A DNA stretch of 64,000 bases from a virus. Taxonomy: Duplodnaviria; Caudoviricetes. The notes under the pieces are model-generated. The model was not told the origin of the DNA, made no database searches, and worked only from the letters and a program-made list of their open reading frames with translations. Below, piece after piece: positions 9,397 to 18,714 of this stretch. Each line of letters begins with the position of its first letter. The stretch's first letter is position 1. Position numbers and translations under genes: made by a program. The stretch covers positions 1 through 64,000 of IMG/VR virus record IMGVR_UViG_3300025600_000004; one strand, given 5' to 3'.

Positions 9397-10761
9397 TTGG
9401 CAAAACGCAGTAAACAACGACAAAAACTAGGTCGTCCTCGTCATACCCCAGACCAGCAAACCCAGGTGCTCCCACAGCAAAGCATCTATGGTAGCATAGT
9501 CCCATTCACGACAATCAATGGGAAAAAGCATGTACTCCCAAAGCCTAATGCCTTAGCCATCCGTAACTTCTCAAGAAATAACGCAGTAGTCCGTCGTTGC
9601 ATCAACATTATCAAGGATGCCATAGTTCGCAAGAAGTTAGTCATAGAAGACATCGATGGCAATGATAACAAAGAACTCAAGGCTATCTTCAGTAACCTTT
9701 TTGCTAGTCCTAATGACGAAGACACTGCTAGAACATTTAGATCCGCAGTAATCGAAGACTTAACTGAGGGTGACTGTGGATGCATTGAAATAGGGAAGTC
9801 TGGGAATCCTCAGAGGCCAATGTTCTTATGGACAGTCGATGGATTCAGCATGGAATTCGTCTTAGGAGCCAGTGATGGGATTAAGTTTGCACAGAAGCAG
9901 AGCATGGGGTATGGCATGGGACTCCAGACAGCACCAATGAATTACAAGTATTTCACTGGAGATCAGATATTGTACTTGAAGAAGCAATGTTTCACTCATA
10001 GTCCCTATGGACTATCTCCCATTGAAACAGCATGGGATTACATTAGAGCCTTGACTAACACTTTTAACTACTCTGCGGAAATAGCATCGAATGCATTGCC
10101 TAAATTCATGGCAAATATCAAAGGAATCCAAGGCGATGTACTTAATGCATACCGTAGTTACTTCGAGTATGAATGTATGGGAACACCGAATCTTCCATTG
10201 GTATCAGCAGAGGATATCAAAGCAGTGCAGATTGCCCCAGTATCCGAAGAGGCGACGTTCAAAGGATACCAACAGTTTGTCATGGGATTCGTAGGTATGG
10301 CATTTAATATCCCACAGGAAAAACTAGGGATAGTCAACAGTGGAGACCGAAGTACCATCGCTGAAATCAATGAGAATATGCTACAGGAATGCATTATCCC
10401 ATACTGCGATGTCTTGGAAGAAGCATTTAACAAGGTTATTTCTATGACAGGCTATGGCGACAAAGTAGTAGCTAAGTTCATCCATGAAGAAACATTGGCA
10501 CAACTTGCAGCCAAGCAAACAATGGTTGTCGAGTTATACCAGAATGACCTTAGTACAGCCAATGAAGCCCGTGGATGCCTTGGGATGGACAAAGCCACCG
10601 ATGAATACGCAGATGACAGGATAACTGAGTACAAGGCCAAGGTTAACGAAGCTCATGCACAGGCTGGCGGTGGATACAATGGTTCTGGCGATGTAAAGGC
10701 AGTGCATACCGAAGTTAAACCAAGTGGTGCTAAGACTCCACCGAAGGGAGGTGGAAAATGA
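9397..10761 (+). CDS. portal protein
   Basis: Follows TerL; V.RCI.II, YGLSPI, F.IP.EKLG and I.PY motifs of HK97-like portals. Confidence 0.9.
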   Translation: MAKRSKQRQKLGRPRHTPDQQTQVLPQQSIYGSIVPFTTINGKKHVLPKPNALAIRNFSRNNAVVRRCINIIKDAIVRKKLVIEDIDGNDNKELKAIFSNLFASPNDEDTARTFRSAVIEDLTEGDCGCIEIGKSGNPQRPMFLWTVDGFSMEFVLGASDGIKFAQKQSMGYGMGLQTAPMNYKYFTGDQILYLKKQCFTHSPYGLSPIETAWDYIRALTNTFNYSAEIASNALPKFMANIKGIQGDVLNAYRSYFEYECMGTPNLPLVSAEDIKAVQIAPVSEEATFKGYQQFVMGFVGMAFNIPQEKLGIVNSGDRSTIAEINENMLQECIIPYCDVLEEAFNKVISMTGYGDKVVAKFIHEETLAQLAAKQTMVVELYQNDLSTANEARGCLGMDKATDEYADDRITEYKAKVNEAHAQAGGGYNGSGDVKAVHTEVKPSGAKTPPKGGGK

Positions 10762-11750
10762 AGAAACAAATATTATCCCTAAGCATATCAAAGCTATCCT
10801 TTGAAGCCTCAGCAGACCGCACGAACTGGATGACATTCAAAGGCACCTGTATGTTCATAGATAAGCAAAGTGATTATATTCCGAGTGGCGGTGACAAGCC
10901 AGTGTTATTTCCCCGTGCAGACATTGAAAAAGCATTGCCGAGCTTTATAGACATGGGAGTTAACTGCTGTTTCAGTGATTGGGACACTGGTCAACTCTTT
11001 GAAGGCCATGATTCACAGTTTAAGATAGGCGTAGTGAAGACCGCAGTAATCCAAGGTAACGAGGTTATCATCACTGGAGGACTGTGGTCTTATGATTTTG
11101 CGGAACTCTGTGACAAAATCAAGTCTGCCAAAGAATCCCTTGGATGGTCTATAGAACCTCTGATGTACCTTGAAGACAAGGGTGACTACTATGAAGCATC
11201 CGAGACAGAATTCAGAGGCGTAGCACTTATGTGGGCAGACAAGGCTGCCTTTGCTTCTACGTATATGTTCGCACAAAGAAAAAACAATGGAAAAGGTGGT
11301 ATTTTATCAATGGATAAAACAGAATTACAAGCGATGCTTACGGAGTTTTCAGCAGGTATCAACAAGGCAATCAATGACAATATCGAGGGCGTTAAACTGG
11401 AATTCTCAGCACAAATCGAAGGCGTGTCAAAGGTAGTAAATGACTTCCAAGCATCCTTGGTTGCTGAGAAGGCCGAAGAAAAGGCTCAGTTAGCCCTCGC
11501 AGCCGAGGAAGCCTCAGCAAAAGCGAAGTTAGACCTAGAAGCCAAAGCAGTCTTAGATGCCGAAGTTGCTGAGAAGGCTAAACTAGCATTGGAAGCTACG
11601 GCACAACGGCAGACTATGATGTTCGGTACTCCCATTGCTAAATTTGAAGGCGACAATGATGCTTCTAAGGCAATCATGGCGAATGCACAGTTATCTCCAC
11701 AGGAACAATTTAGAGCATTGATTGATTTGAAACTCGCTGCAGCTAAGTAA
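10758..11750 (+). CDS. prohead protease/scaffold
   Basis: Between portal and capsid; N-terminal globular domain and Ala/Glu/Lys-rich coiled-coil C-terminus. Confidence 0.65.
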   Translation: MKKQILSLSISKLSFEASADRTNWMTFKGTCMFIDKQSDYIPSGGDKPVLFPRADIEKALPSFIDMGVNCCFSDWDTGQLFEGHDSQFKIGVVKTAVIQGNEVIITGGLWSYDFAELCDKIKSAKESLGWSIEPLMYLEDKGDYYEASETEFRGVALMWADKAAFASTYMFAQRKNNGKGGILSMDKTELQAMLTEFSAGINKAINDNIEGVKLEFSAQIEGVSKVVNDFQASLVAEKAEEKAQLALAAEEASAKAKLDLEAKAVLDAEVAEKAKLALEATAQRQTMMFGTPIAKFEGDNDASKAIMANAQLSPQEQFRALIDLKLAAAK

Positions 11751-11765
11751 TATAAGGTATCCCTT

Positions 11766-11797
11766 GGGCACTCACAGTATCGTGGGTGTCCTTTAGT
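11766..11797 (+). terminator. intrinsic terminator-like hairpin
   Basis: GGGCACTCAC-agtatc-GTGGGTGTCC then TTTAGTTT. Confidence 0.55.
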
Positions 11798-11834
11798 TTG
11801 CCCAAAAATAAACAATGAAAGAGGTAATGTATAA

Positions 11835-12818
11835 ATGGCTTACAACAAAACATCCCTACAATTCGGTAACATCGCGGATATTAACAATGGTCATTACTTA
11901 GTAATGCCAGAGGTAGATCCTATCATCAAATCAGTGTTAAACAAAGAGGCATCCCCGTTCTACAAACGTGTCAAACGCAAACCTGAGTCTGTAGAGACAT
12001 TCCGTTGGGTCGAAGAATCAGCACAGTCCCGCACTGCTACAATGATTGACCCTCGTGCCATTACGTCCACTGCTAACGCTGGTATTACCCGTGTTGAAAA
12101 ACTAGGCAAACTCAAAGGTATGTCCAATAGAATTAACTATGGCCTCTTTGATACTGAGTTAACCAAGAATGGCATGTTCTCCTATGTTCTCCAAGATGAC
12201 TTGCAGAATATGTATACAGACATGATCTTGCTTGAGAATGATCAGATGTTCTCTGGTAATGACACAAGCTATTCCGCATCGACCACTGTGCAATACTTTG
12301 GCGTACTCAAAGCTATTACGAATACTGCAACGATCCCTGTGAAGGCCACTGGTACTCCTACGATTGCCCAAGCTATCAAGACTCAGATTGCAGTGATGGA
12401 TGCTCGTACAGATGTTAACTGTACACCTACAGCTATCTATATGAATCCTTTAACTAAAGACAAGATGGACATTGAGGAAAACGCTGGAGTAGACAAGCTG
12501 AAACAGTATACAGTCGAATGTGTACCTGGAACCGTGGTAACTGGGATTATGACCGTGGTAGGTCTATTGCCAATCATCACTGACAAACGTATTCCTATCG
12601 ACACCTCCGATGTAGCAGTGGATAAGCATCCAATCCTTATCCTTGATGAATCCAAGATCGTAAGACATCATCTGATCGGCTACGAATCACCAGTAACATT
12701 CAAGATGGGCGAAGTTCAAACTTTGCTTACTGAGTATGTCGCAGTTCAATTCGCGAACCTTATCGTAGAATTTCCAGACCGTGCACATGTAATTATGACA
12801 AAATCATTCACTAAGTAA
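11835..12818 (+). CDS. major capsid protein (SU10/DUF5309-like)
   Basis: 327 aa after the scaffold with strong RBS; F.W.EE motif near the N-terminus. Confidence 0.85.
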   Translation: MAYNKTSLQFGNIADINNGHYLVMPEVDPIIKSVLNKEASPFYKRVKRKPESVETFRWVEESAQSRTATMIDPRAITSTANAGITRVEKLGKLKGMSNRINYGLFDTELTKNGMFSYVLQDDLQNMYTDMILLENDQMFSGNDTSYSASTTVQYFGVLKAITNTATIPVKATGTPTIAQAIKTQIAVMDARTDVNCTPTAIYMNPLTKDKMDIEENAGVDKLKQYTVECVPGTVVTGIMTVVGLLPIITDKRIPIDTSDVAVDKHPILILDESKIVRHHLIGYESPVTFKMGEVQTLLTEYVAVQFANLIVEFPDRAHVIMTKSFTK

Positions 12819-12830
12819 TTTACAGTACCT

Positions 12831-12856
12831 AGAGGGCATTTAGCCCTCTTTATTTA
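12831..12856 (+). terminator. intrinsic terminator
   Basis: AGAGGGC-attta-GCCCTCT-TTATTT. Confidence 0.75.
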
Positions 12857-12873
12857 TTTAAGGAGGGCAATGG

Positions 12874-13683
12874 ATGCGCAAACTATCCTACGAATCTGTG
12901 AAAGATGCTTTTAGCAATAGAGGATATATTCTACTAAGTACCGAGTATATAAGTAATAGAGCAAAGCTAGACTATCTATGTAATGTACATGGCAAACAAA
13001 GCATATCTTATGATAATTTAAGGCATGGCTATGGATGTCCATATTGCGCAGGAAACATCAAGCATACTTATGAATTTATCAAGAATAAATTTGAAGATCA
13101 TGGATATAGCCTAATTAGCACGAAATACATTGGAGCCCATGATATCCTAGAGTATCTTTGTAAAATCCATGGATTGCAAAAGATATCGTATGCTAATCTA
13201 AGCCAAGGTAAAGGATGTAAGTTGTGTTACTTAGATAATAACTTTGGTGTAAACAGCGGAAATTGGCGTGGCGGTATCACAGATATTAGTAGATTTCTAA
13301 GACAATCAGTGTCTCCGTGGAAAGCAGATACTATCAAAACCCAACAAGGTAAATGCGTAGTGACTGACAAAGAATCCGATGTCGTCCATCATATCTATGG
13401 ATTCAATGCAATAGTCAAAGAAGTCTTTGAATCAACTGGATTACCTGTGAAAGAAACCACAGCTCAATACTCTGATTATGAATTAGAATTACTATCAACA
13501 AAATGTCTGCAACTTCATTATAAATATGGACTTGGTGCATGTCTTGCAAAAGATGTGCATTTTTTATTTCACGAGGCTTATGGATACGGCAACAATACTC
13601 CAGAGCAATTCGAGGAATTCAAAGACTCACAAGGAGGTAACAATGGCAACAAAGAAAACACCAGAGCCAAAGACAAAGGTTAA
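12874..13683 (+). CDS. free-standing HNH-type homing endonuclease (paralog 2)
   Basis: Same C..HG.Q.ISY repeats, NWRGGIT, VVHH, LHYKYGLG.CL..H.LFH..YG.GNNT.EQF as 4102. Confidence 0.75.
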   Translation: MRKLSYESVKDAFSNRGYILLSTEYISNRAKLDYLCNVHGKQSISYDNLRHGYGCPYCAGNIKHTYEFIKNKFEDHGYSLISTKYIGAHDILEYLCKIHGLQKISYANLSQGKGCKLCYLDNNFGVNSGNWRGGITDISRFLRQSVSPWKADTIKTQQGKCVVTDKESDVVHHIYGFNAIVKEVFESTGLPVKETTAQYSDYELELLSTKCLQLHYKYGLGACLAKDVHFLFHEAYGYGNNTPEQFEEFKDSQGGNNGNKENTRAKDKG

Positions 13684-13861
13684 CATGGTCAAATCCGAAG
13701 AGCAAACATTGGTCATAGTGGAGCTAATAGGGACATTCAATGAACTCATCGGTGAACATACATTGTTCCACAGCAATTTCCATATAACATTTATTAATGG
13801 CAGCGCAGAAGTGACATCAACAACAGCGGATCAACTTAGAAAGCTAGGGATGGTGAAGTAA
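13643..13861 (+). CDS. small virion/head protein, hypothetical
   Basis: AAGGAGG RBS before ATG 13643 (MATKKTPEPK). Confidence 0.6.
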   Translation: MATKKTPEPKTKVNMVKSEEQTLVIVELIGTFNELIGEHTLFHSNFHITFINGSAEVTSTTADQLRKLGMVK

Positions 13862-13864
13862 ACT

Positions 13865-14428
13865 ATGGCTTACTTACTACCTTCAGAATACATAGCATAC
13901 TGTGGAACCGATGTAACTGTGACTGACGCAGATGTTCTATATGCCACAGGGCTTATCAATGCAATCATCGGAAAAACACTGGAACCCACTGAAGCCACAG
14001 AACTAGTGAAGCTCAAGAAGGATGACAATGGAAAGCTGAAGTATACCCCCGTAGTCAGTGTTACTACAGTAGTCGGAGTGAACATTACGCCCCACGGTGT
14101 CACTGAATCCGACCTCCCCGTAGCATCAGTGTATCTCATGGACGACTATGGACGCTTTAGATTCTTCGCTGGCATGGGTATTAATAGTATGGTCTGGGGA
14201 AGCCCTAGTAATCTCAAAGTCACATACAACTATGGATATGCAACGATTCCAGAGGATATCAAAGTAGTCTGCGGAGTCATTGCCAAGAACATAGTTAAAA
14301 TCGACAGCATCGGTGGATTATCTGGGGCTAAGAGCATTGCATCATTAGATTTTAACATTGCTATGTTCGATGATAGATTATTTAGCTCCAATGAATTAGT
14401 TATGTTGCAGAAATACAAGGTGGTGTAA
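13865..14428 (+). CDS. head-tail connector (adaptor)
   Basis: Position; Y.YGYATIPEDIK motif typical of gp15/gp6-like adaptors. Confidence 0.7.
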   Translation: MAYLLPSEYIAYCGTDVTVTDADVLYATGLINAIIGKTLEPTEATELVKLKKDDNGKLKYTPVVSVTTVVGVNITPHGVTESDLPVASVYLMDDYGRFRFFAGMGINSMVWGSPSNLKVTYNYGYATIPEDIKVVCGVIAKNIVKIDSIGGLSGAKSIASLDFNIAMFDDRLFSSNELVMLQKYKVV

Positions 14429-14431
14429 AGT

Positions 14432-14995
14432 ATGCTAGGATTCTTCCCTAAGCAAGCCGTCGCCATCCCAGAATTCACTGATGAACAATGGAGTATCACT
14501 CGTGTCGGCAAAGGTAAAATATCGACTGCGGTGAATTCTCAGTTCAAGGCATTGGTTCCGAAGAATACGAAGGCATCATTAGGTATGCTAGTAGCATCGA
14601 TGACAGAGACATACTTTGTTACAACATTGGAAAAGTCCTTTGTTAATACTGTGTGCCAGCTTAGGAAAACTAACGCATCCATCGCAGTCGTCAGAATAAC
14701 TCCGCATTACAACGCAGCAAAAGCCAACGATTATAACTATGAAGCTCCACTGTACTCCGTAGTAACAGCGTTCTACGAAGATGTCAATGCTCGCCTAGCT
14801 CAGTTCGACGCAGGACTCCTAAGCACATCCACGAGACGCTTCTTGACTCCATTGGTATCATTGAAACTCCTAGACCGCATCAAGCATGGCGATGACAACC
14901 TGCGAATCGATGGAATTAACACTAGTTCATACCCAGGATTACTATGGATACAATGTTCGCCAGACATACGACCTACGAAACCCTTAGTAGTCTAA
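14432..14995 (+). CDS. head closure/neck protein
   Basis: Position after the adaptor; 187 aa. Confidence 0.5.
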   Translation: MLGFFPKQAVAIPEFTDEQWSITRVGKGKISTAVNSQFKALVPKNTKASLGMLVASMTETYFVTTLEKSFVNTVCQLRKTNASIAVVRITPHYNAAKANDYNYEAPLYSVVTAFYEDVNARLAQFDAGLLSTSTRRFLTPLVSLKLLDRIKHGDDNLRIDGINTSSYPGLLWIQCSPDIRPTKPLVV

Positions 14996-15069
14996 GAAAG
15001 GCGGTGATTTCCATGGGCAACCATGGTCAATGATAGAACAGCTTATCGCAGAATAAATGGAGGTATCTT

Positions 15070-15240
15070 ATGGCGAATAAGTTTATCAACGAATATCCCT
15101 GTACCTACGTTGAGGAGCATAAGTTTCTCCAAGGTCAAGGCTTTAGGTACAACTTTGTAAAGGTTATTGATGGAGTTACTATATGGAAGTATCCGAAGTC
15201 ATCAAGGTTATTCGAGAAGTTAATAGAGTTCTACAAGTAG
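15070..15240 (+). CDS. small hypothetical protein (56 aa, below ORF-track cutoff)
   Basis: GGAGG RBS; MANKFINEYPCTYVEEHKFLQGQGFRYNFVKVIDGVTIWKYPKSSRLFEKLIEFYK. Confidence 0.7.
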   Translation: MANKFINEYPCTYVEEHKFLQGQGFRYNFVKVIDGVTIWKYPKSSRLFEKLIEFYK

Positions 15241-15269
15241 CACCTGAGAATATCTTGGGTGCTTTTATT
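15240..15269 (+). terminator. intrinsic terminator
   Basis: GCACCTGAGA-ata-TCTTGGGTGC-TTTTATT. Confidence 0.7.
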
Positions 15270-15297
15270 ATGCGCAAATATAGGAGGGTTATAGTAG

Positions 15298-16155
15298 ATG
15301 ATAGATATGGAACAAATGGTTGAGACTAGGTGGAGTAACAAGACTAAGACACACTATACGAACAAAGGGTATGTTTTTACGAAAAGAGGAGACACATTTA
15401 TAGTTAAAGTAGCTGATTTAACAGTAAGTTCTGCCGTAAAGGTAAAATATACCTGCGATTGTTGTGGCAAAGAAGTGATAGTAGCTTATGATTGTTATAA
15501 TAAGTTAGCAACCAATATATGCCATAGCTGTACGCTAATATCTATGCAGAAGAAGAAGATTATACCATTCTATATGGTAAAGGAAGCGTTTGAATCAGCT
15601 GGATATGCCGTCGTCGATGGAGATTATAGGATTACATCTGATAAGGTTAACTATATCTGTAGCAAGCATGGAATCCAAAGTATGAGCTATAGTAATTTTA
15701 GTCAAGGATATAGGTGCCCAGGGTGCAACATTGATAATCATCGAGGTTCCAAGAATCCATTTTGGAAAGGCGGGGTAACTGAGTTATCAAAGCACCTTCG
15801 TAGCTTACTGTCTCCATGGGCACTACAACAACTCCAACGGACTAATTACACCTGTGAGTTAACAGGTGAACAGGGAGTCCTTAATGTTCACCATATGTAT
15901 AGTTTTATCAATATTCTAAGTGACACTATGGAAGAACTAAATATGGATATCAGACCAAACATTGGTGATTATTCTGAGGATGAACTTCAGTTAATCACCA
16001 TTAACTTTTTAAAGAACAATGACCTTTATGCTAGACCCATAGTTTTGCTTGAGCAAATACATCGGAATTTTCATAGTTTCTGTGGCGGTAATTCAAAAGA
16101 TACATCACTAGAACAGCTAGAGAAATTCAAAGAATCTCTTAGGGAGGCTGTGTAG
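15298..16155 (+). CDS. free-standing HNH-type homing endonuclease (paralog 3)
   Basis: CDCCGKE, C..HG.Q.MSY, WKGGVT, NVHHMYSF...H..FH..NTS.EQL; homologous to 4102 and 12874. Confidence 0.75.
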   Translation: MIDMEQMVETRWSNKTKTHYTNKGYVFTKRGDTFIVKVADLTVSSAVKVKYTCDCCGKEVIVAYDCYNKLATNICHSCTLISMQKKKIIPFYMVKEAFESAGYAVVDGDYRITSDKVNYICSKHGIQSMSYSNFSQGYRCPGCNIDNHRGSKNPFWKGGVTELSKHLRSLLSPWALQQLQRTNYTCELTGEQGVLNVHHMYSFINILSDTMEELNMDIRPNIGDYSEDELQLITINFLKNNDLYARPIVLLEQIHRNFHSFCGGNSKDTSLEQLEKFKESLREAV

Positions 16156-16697
16156 TGATAGAGCTGGAGATTGCCAAGGTGCTGAAACTACACACAGATA
16201 TCATATGCACCCGAGTAAGAGCCCGATGGGGTTCCATGAGTACCATAGTCGGCAAAGAGGAGATCCATAGCAATCTCCCAGTGATCGTTGGAACCACTAT
16301 AATAGCATCTATAGAATCATCTGGGATGGCTGCGTTCATCAAGGAATTTGGCTCAGGGCATCTCCTAGATCCATCATCACCATACTTTGCAGAATACAAG
16401 AATTCACCTATGTGGAATAATGCCCGCACCTCAGATGGTAATGAATTCGTAGGACGCTCCGCTGGGGCAACGGTGTATAGACCAGATGGAAGTACATCGA
16501 CATCCACTGGCAAAGCTGAAGGAATGCGCCTTGAGCATCAACTTGGGAATCTCCCTGCATACAAAGCATTTTCTCCGAGCCATACAATACAGCACGAGGT
16601 ATCCGCAGAATTGCCTGAGATCATATTGCATCTACAGCAGGTCATTGAAGCCCATGTACTCGCAGAAATGTCGATGGAAGTCCAAATTTATATCTAA
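16155..16697 (+). CDS. neck/tail-completion protein
   Basis: Position in the head-tail module. Confidence 0.45.
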   Translation: MIELEIAKVLKLHTDIICTRVRARWGSMSTIVGKEEIHSNLPVIVGTTIIASIESSGMAAFIKEFGSGHLLDPSSPYFAEYKNSPMWNNARTSDGNEFVGRSAGATVYRPDGSTSTSTGKAEGMRLEHQLGNLPAYKAFSPSHTIQHEVSAELPEIILHLQQVIEAHVLAEMSMEVQIYI

Positions 16698-16711
16698 GGA
16701 GGCGATGCTTA

Positions 16712-17125
16712 TTGAAAGATACCTTCGACGTACTCGATGCAATCTTCACAGCATTCGTAGATGACACAGAATTACCAGGAATCGTCGGAATCACTGATCC
16801 CACAGACATTGCATTGGCAGACACTAAGTTCCGCAGATCCTTCGCAGACTCAACCTTAGTAACCCAAGAAGAACTGGACTTCATAGACTTCTCATTCATC
16901 CCCAGCCACAGTGAAACGCAGAATTACCTCGTCAACCGAGAAGTCCTCGAAGTCAATATCTACACTGCGAATGTTTTCCGAGCATCCCTAATCTGCAAAG
17001 CCATCCTCAGAATATTCAAAGCCACCTTCCCTGAAATGCAATGTACAACTCCATGTCAAGCAGGGTGTGCCGTAGTGGGCATAGTACGCTATAGTTTCCG
17101 AGGTAAAAACTTAGTAGGTTCTTAG
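16712..17125 (+). CDS. tail terminator-like protein
   Basis: Immediately before the major tail gene; 137 aa. Confidence 0.45.
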   Translation: MKDTFDVLDAIFTAFVDDTELPGIVGITDPTDIALADTKFRRSFADSTLVTQEELDFIDFSFIPSHSETQNYLVNREVLEVNIYTANVFRASLICKAILRIFKATFPEMQCTTPCQAGCAVVGIVRYSFRGKNLVGS

Positions 17126-17163
17126 GAGTTCTTAGTGTCCGATGGATGCCGAGGGCTCCTTTA
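17124..17163 (+). terminator. terminator-like hairpin
   Basis: AGGAGTTCT...AGGGCTCCT with inner GTCC/GGAT stem. Confidence 0.5.
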
Positions 17164-17223
17164 GTATATCAGCGAGGTACTCGATGAGACCTCCATAAAT
17201 AAACAAAGGTAGGTAATGTAAAC

Positions 17224-18003
17224 ATGGCATTAACAGCAAATACAGAGTTAGTAATCCAAGGCGTAGGTTCTGCGAATCTCATTGGAACCGATGGCACTAA
17301 GACTCCTATGGGTAAACTCCAAGACATGACAATCGAGATTTCCACAACAATGGAGAAAATCTATGGAGGCGACAGCATCTTCAATTTCTTCGAGTTCGTC
17401 AAAGAAAAATCAATGACATTCACATTTACATCCGCGATATTTAATATGAATATGCTTAAGTTGTCTCAGGGTTCTACGACAGGCGCAGGTGAACTATACA
17501 AAGACGAAGTTGTAACTGTGGATGGAACTACGCAACTAGGTATCCTTAGCGTAGTCACTGGAGTTACCCCTGCGGATATCATTGTATCTAAGACATCCGA
17601 TGGAACCATCTTTAAGTACATGACTGGCACTGTCCCCGTGGCTACCAAGTTCACCTTCGATGCTACGACTAGTACATTGAAATTCTTCGCCACAGACGTT
17701 GCAGTAGACACTGAATTCGATGTTTCCTACGCATATACCAAGGTTGGCTTGGTGTCTCAGGATATCTTGACTACCTCTGTACCAGGCTTCGTGGAACTTC
17801 GGCATACATCGAATCCAACTTTGATGCCCGATGGCAACACATACATCTTGCACACCAGGGTATACAAAGCTCGTTGCGATGGAAAACTTAGCATCAATCA
17901 CAAACGTGGTGCTGCCGAGGCTCCTAAGCTGGCGTTCAGTTCCCTCGATCCTCAACGTGCAGACAAGAAGTTCTGCAGTATCACAATGGAATTAGTGGCA
18001 TAG
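17224..18003 (+). CDS. major tail (tube) protein
   Basis: 259 aa, beta-rich, precedes chaperone and tape measure. Confidence 0.75.
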   Translation: MALTANTELVIQGVGSANLIGTDGTKTPMGKLQDMTIEISTTMEKIYGGDSIFNFFEFVKEKSMTFTFTSAIFNMNMLKLSQGSTTGAGELYKDEVVTVDGTTQLGILSVVTGVTPADIIVSKTSDGTIFKYMTGTVPVATKFTFDATTSTLKFFATDVAVDTEFDVSYAYTKVGLVSQDILTTSVPGFVELRHTSNPTLMPDGNTYILHTRVYKARCDGKLSINHKRGAAEAPKLAFSSLDPQRADKKFCSITMELVA

Positions 18004-18009
18004 AACCTT

Positions 18010-18035
18010 GGAGGGCTTCGGCTCTCCTTTGTTTT
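18010..18035 (+). terminator. intrinsic terminator
   Basis: GGAGGGC-TTCG-GCTCTCC-TTTGTTTT. Confidence 0.8.
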
Positions 18036-18101
18036 ATCTAGGTATCCAAAGACTATCCTTTGGGTGCTTAGATAAGTCAAAGAAACAGGGAGGAATTTAC
18101 A

Positions 18102-18700
18102 ATGGCAACCGACACTCGTACAGAGGAATACCTAGGAACATTGGAATATGTGTTAGACAAGGATACCAAGAAGAAACACTATGTGTATGCAATGGAGTCC
18201 AGGGATTACCTTAAAGTCCAAGCACTTTTCAAGAAGATCGATGTTGAGTATATCATAGCTAACTACCCATGTCCTTTATTGGATGACGATGGCAACCTAG
18301 CATTAAGCGAAGCTGGCGAAGAAATCATGAGCACAGAGAAATTCGATGCTATGCAAGAGCTACTTGAGATCGCACTGAAGGAGCCATGGAATATCACTGA
18401 GTCATGGATTACAATTCGGCAAATCGAAGAAGTCCTGCATATGTTTCAAGGACTCAGTGGACTACTTGTAAAAAAGCGTCGTCTGGAGCAGGAGATTTTG
18501 ACTTCTGGGTTCTCTGTGCAAGCCTAGTACAAAATACTTCGATGACTCCAGATGACGTAGGCAGACTTAGCATCCCTCATATAATAGCATTGATTGATGC
18601 CTTTGGGGAGGCGAACAAAGACTCAGATAGCCAAGGAGATTCCAAGAATTCATTACACGACAGTGATGCCTTTAAGTATCTCATGGACAATCCAATGTAA
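18102..18700 (+). CDS. tail assembly chaperone G (18102-18527) and -1 frameshifted G-T product (to 18700)
   Basis: Slippery A AAA AAG at 18470-18476 in the correct phase (GTA AAA AAG); the -1 frame is open to 18700 just before the tape measure. Confidence 0.85.
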
Positions 18701-18714
18701 AGGACGGTGATCCA

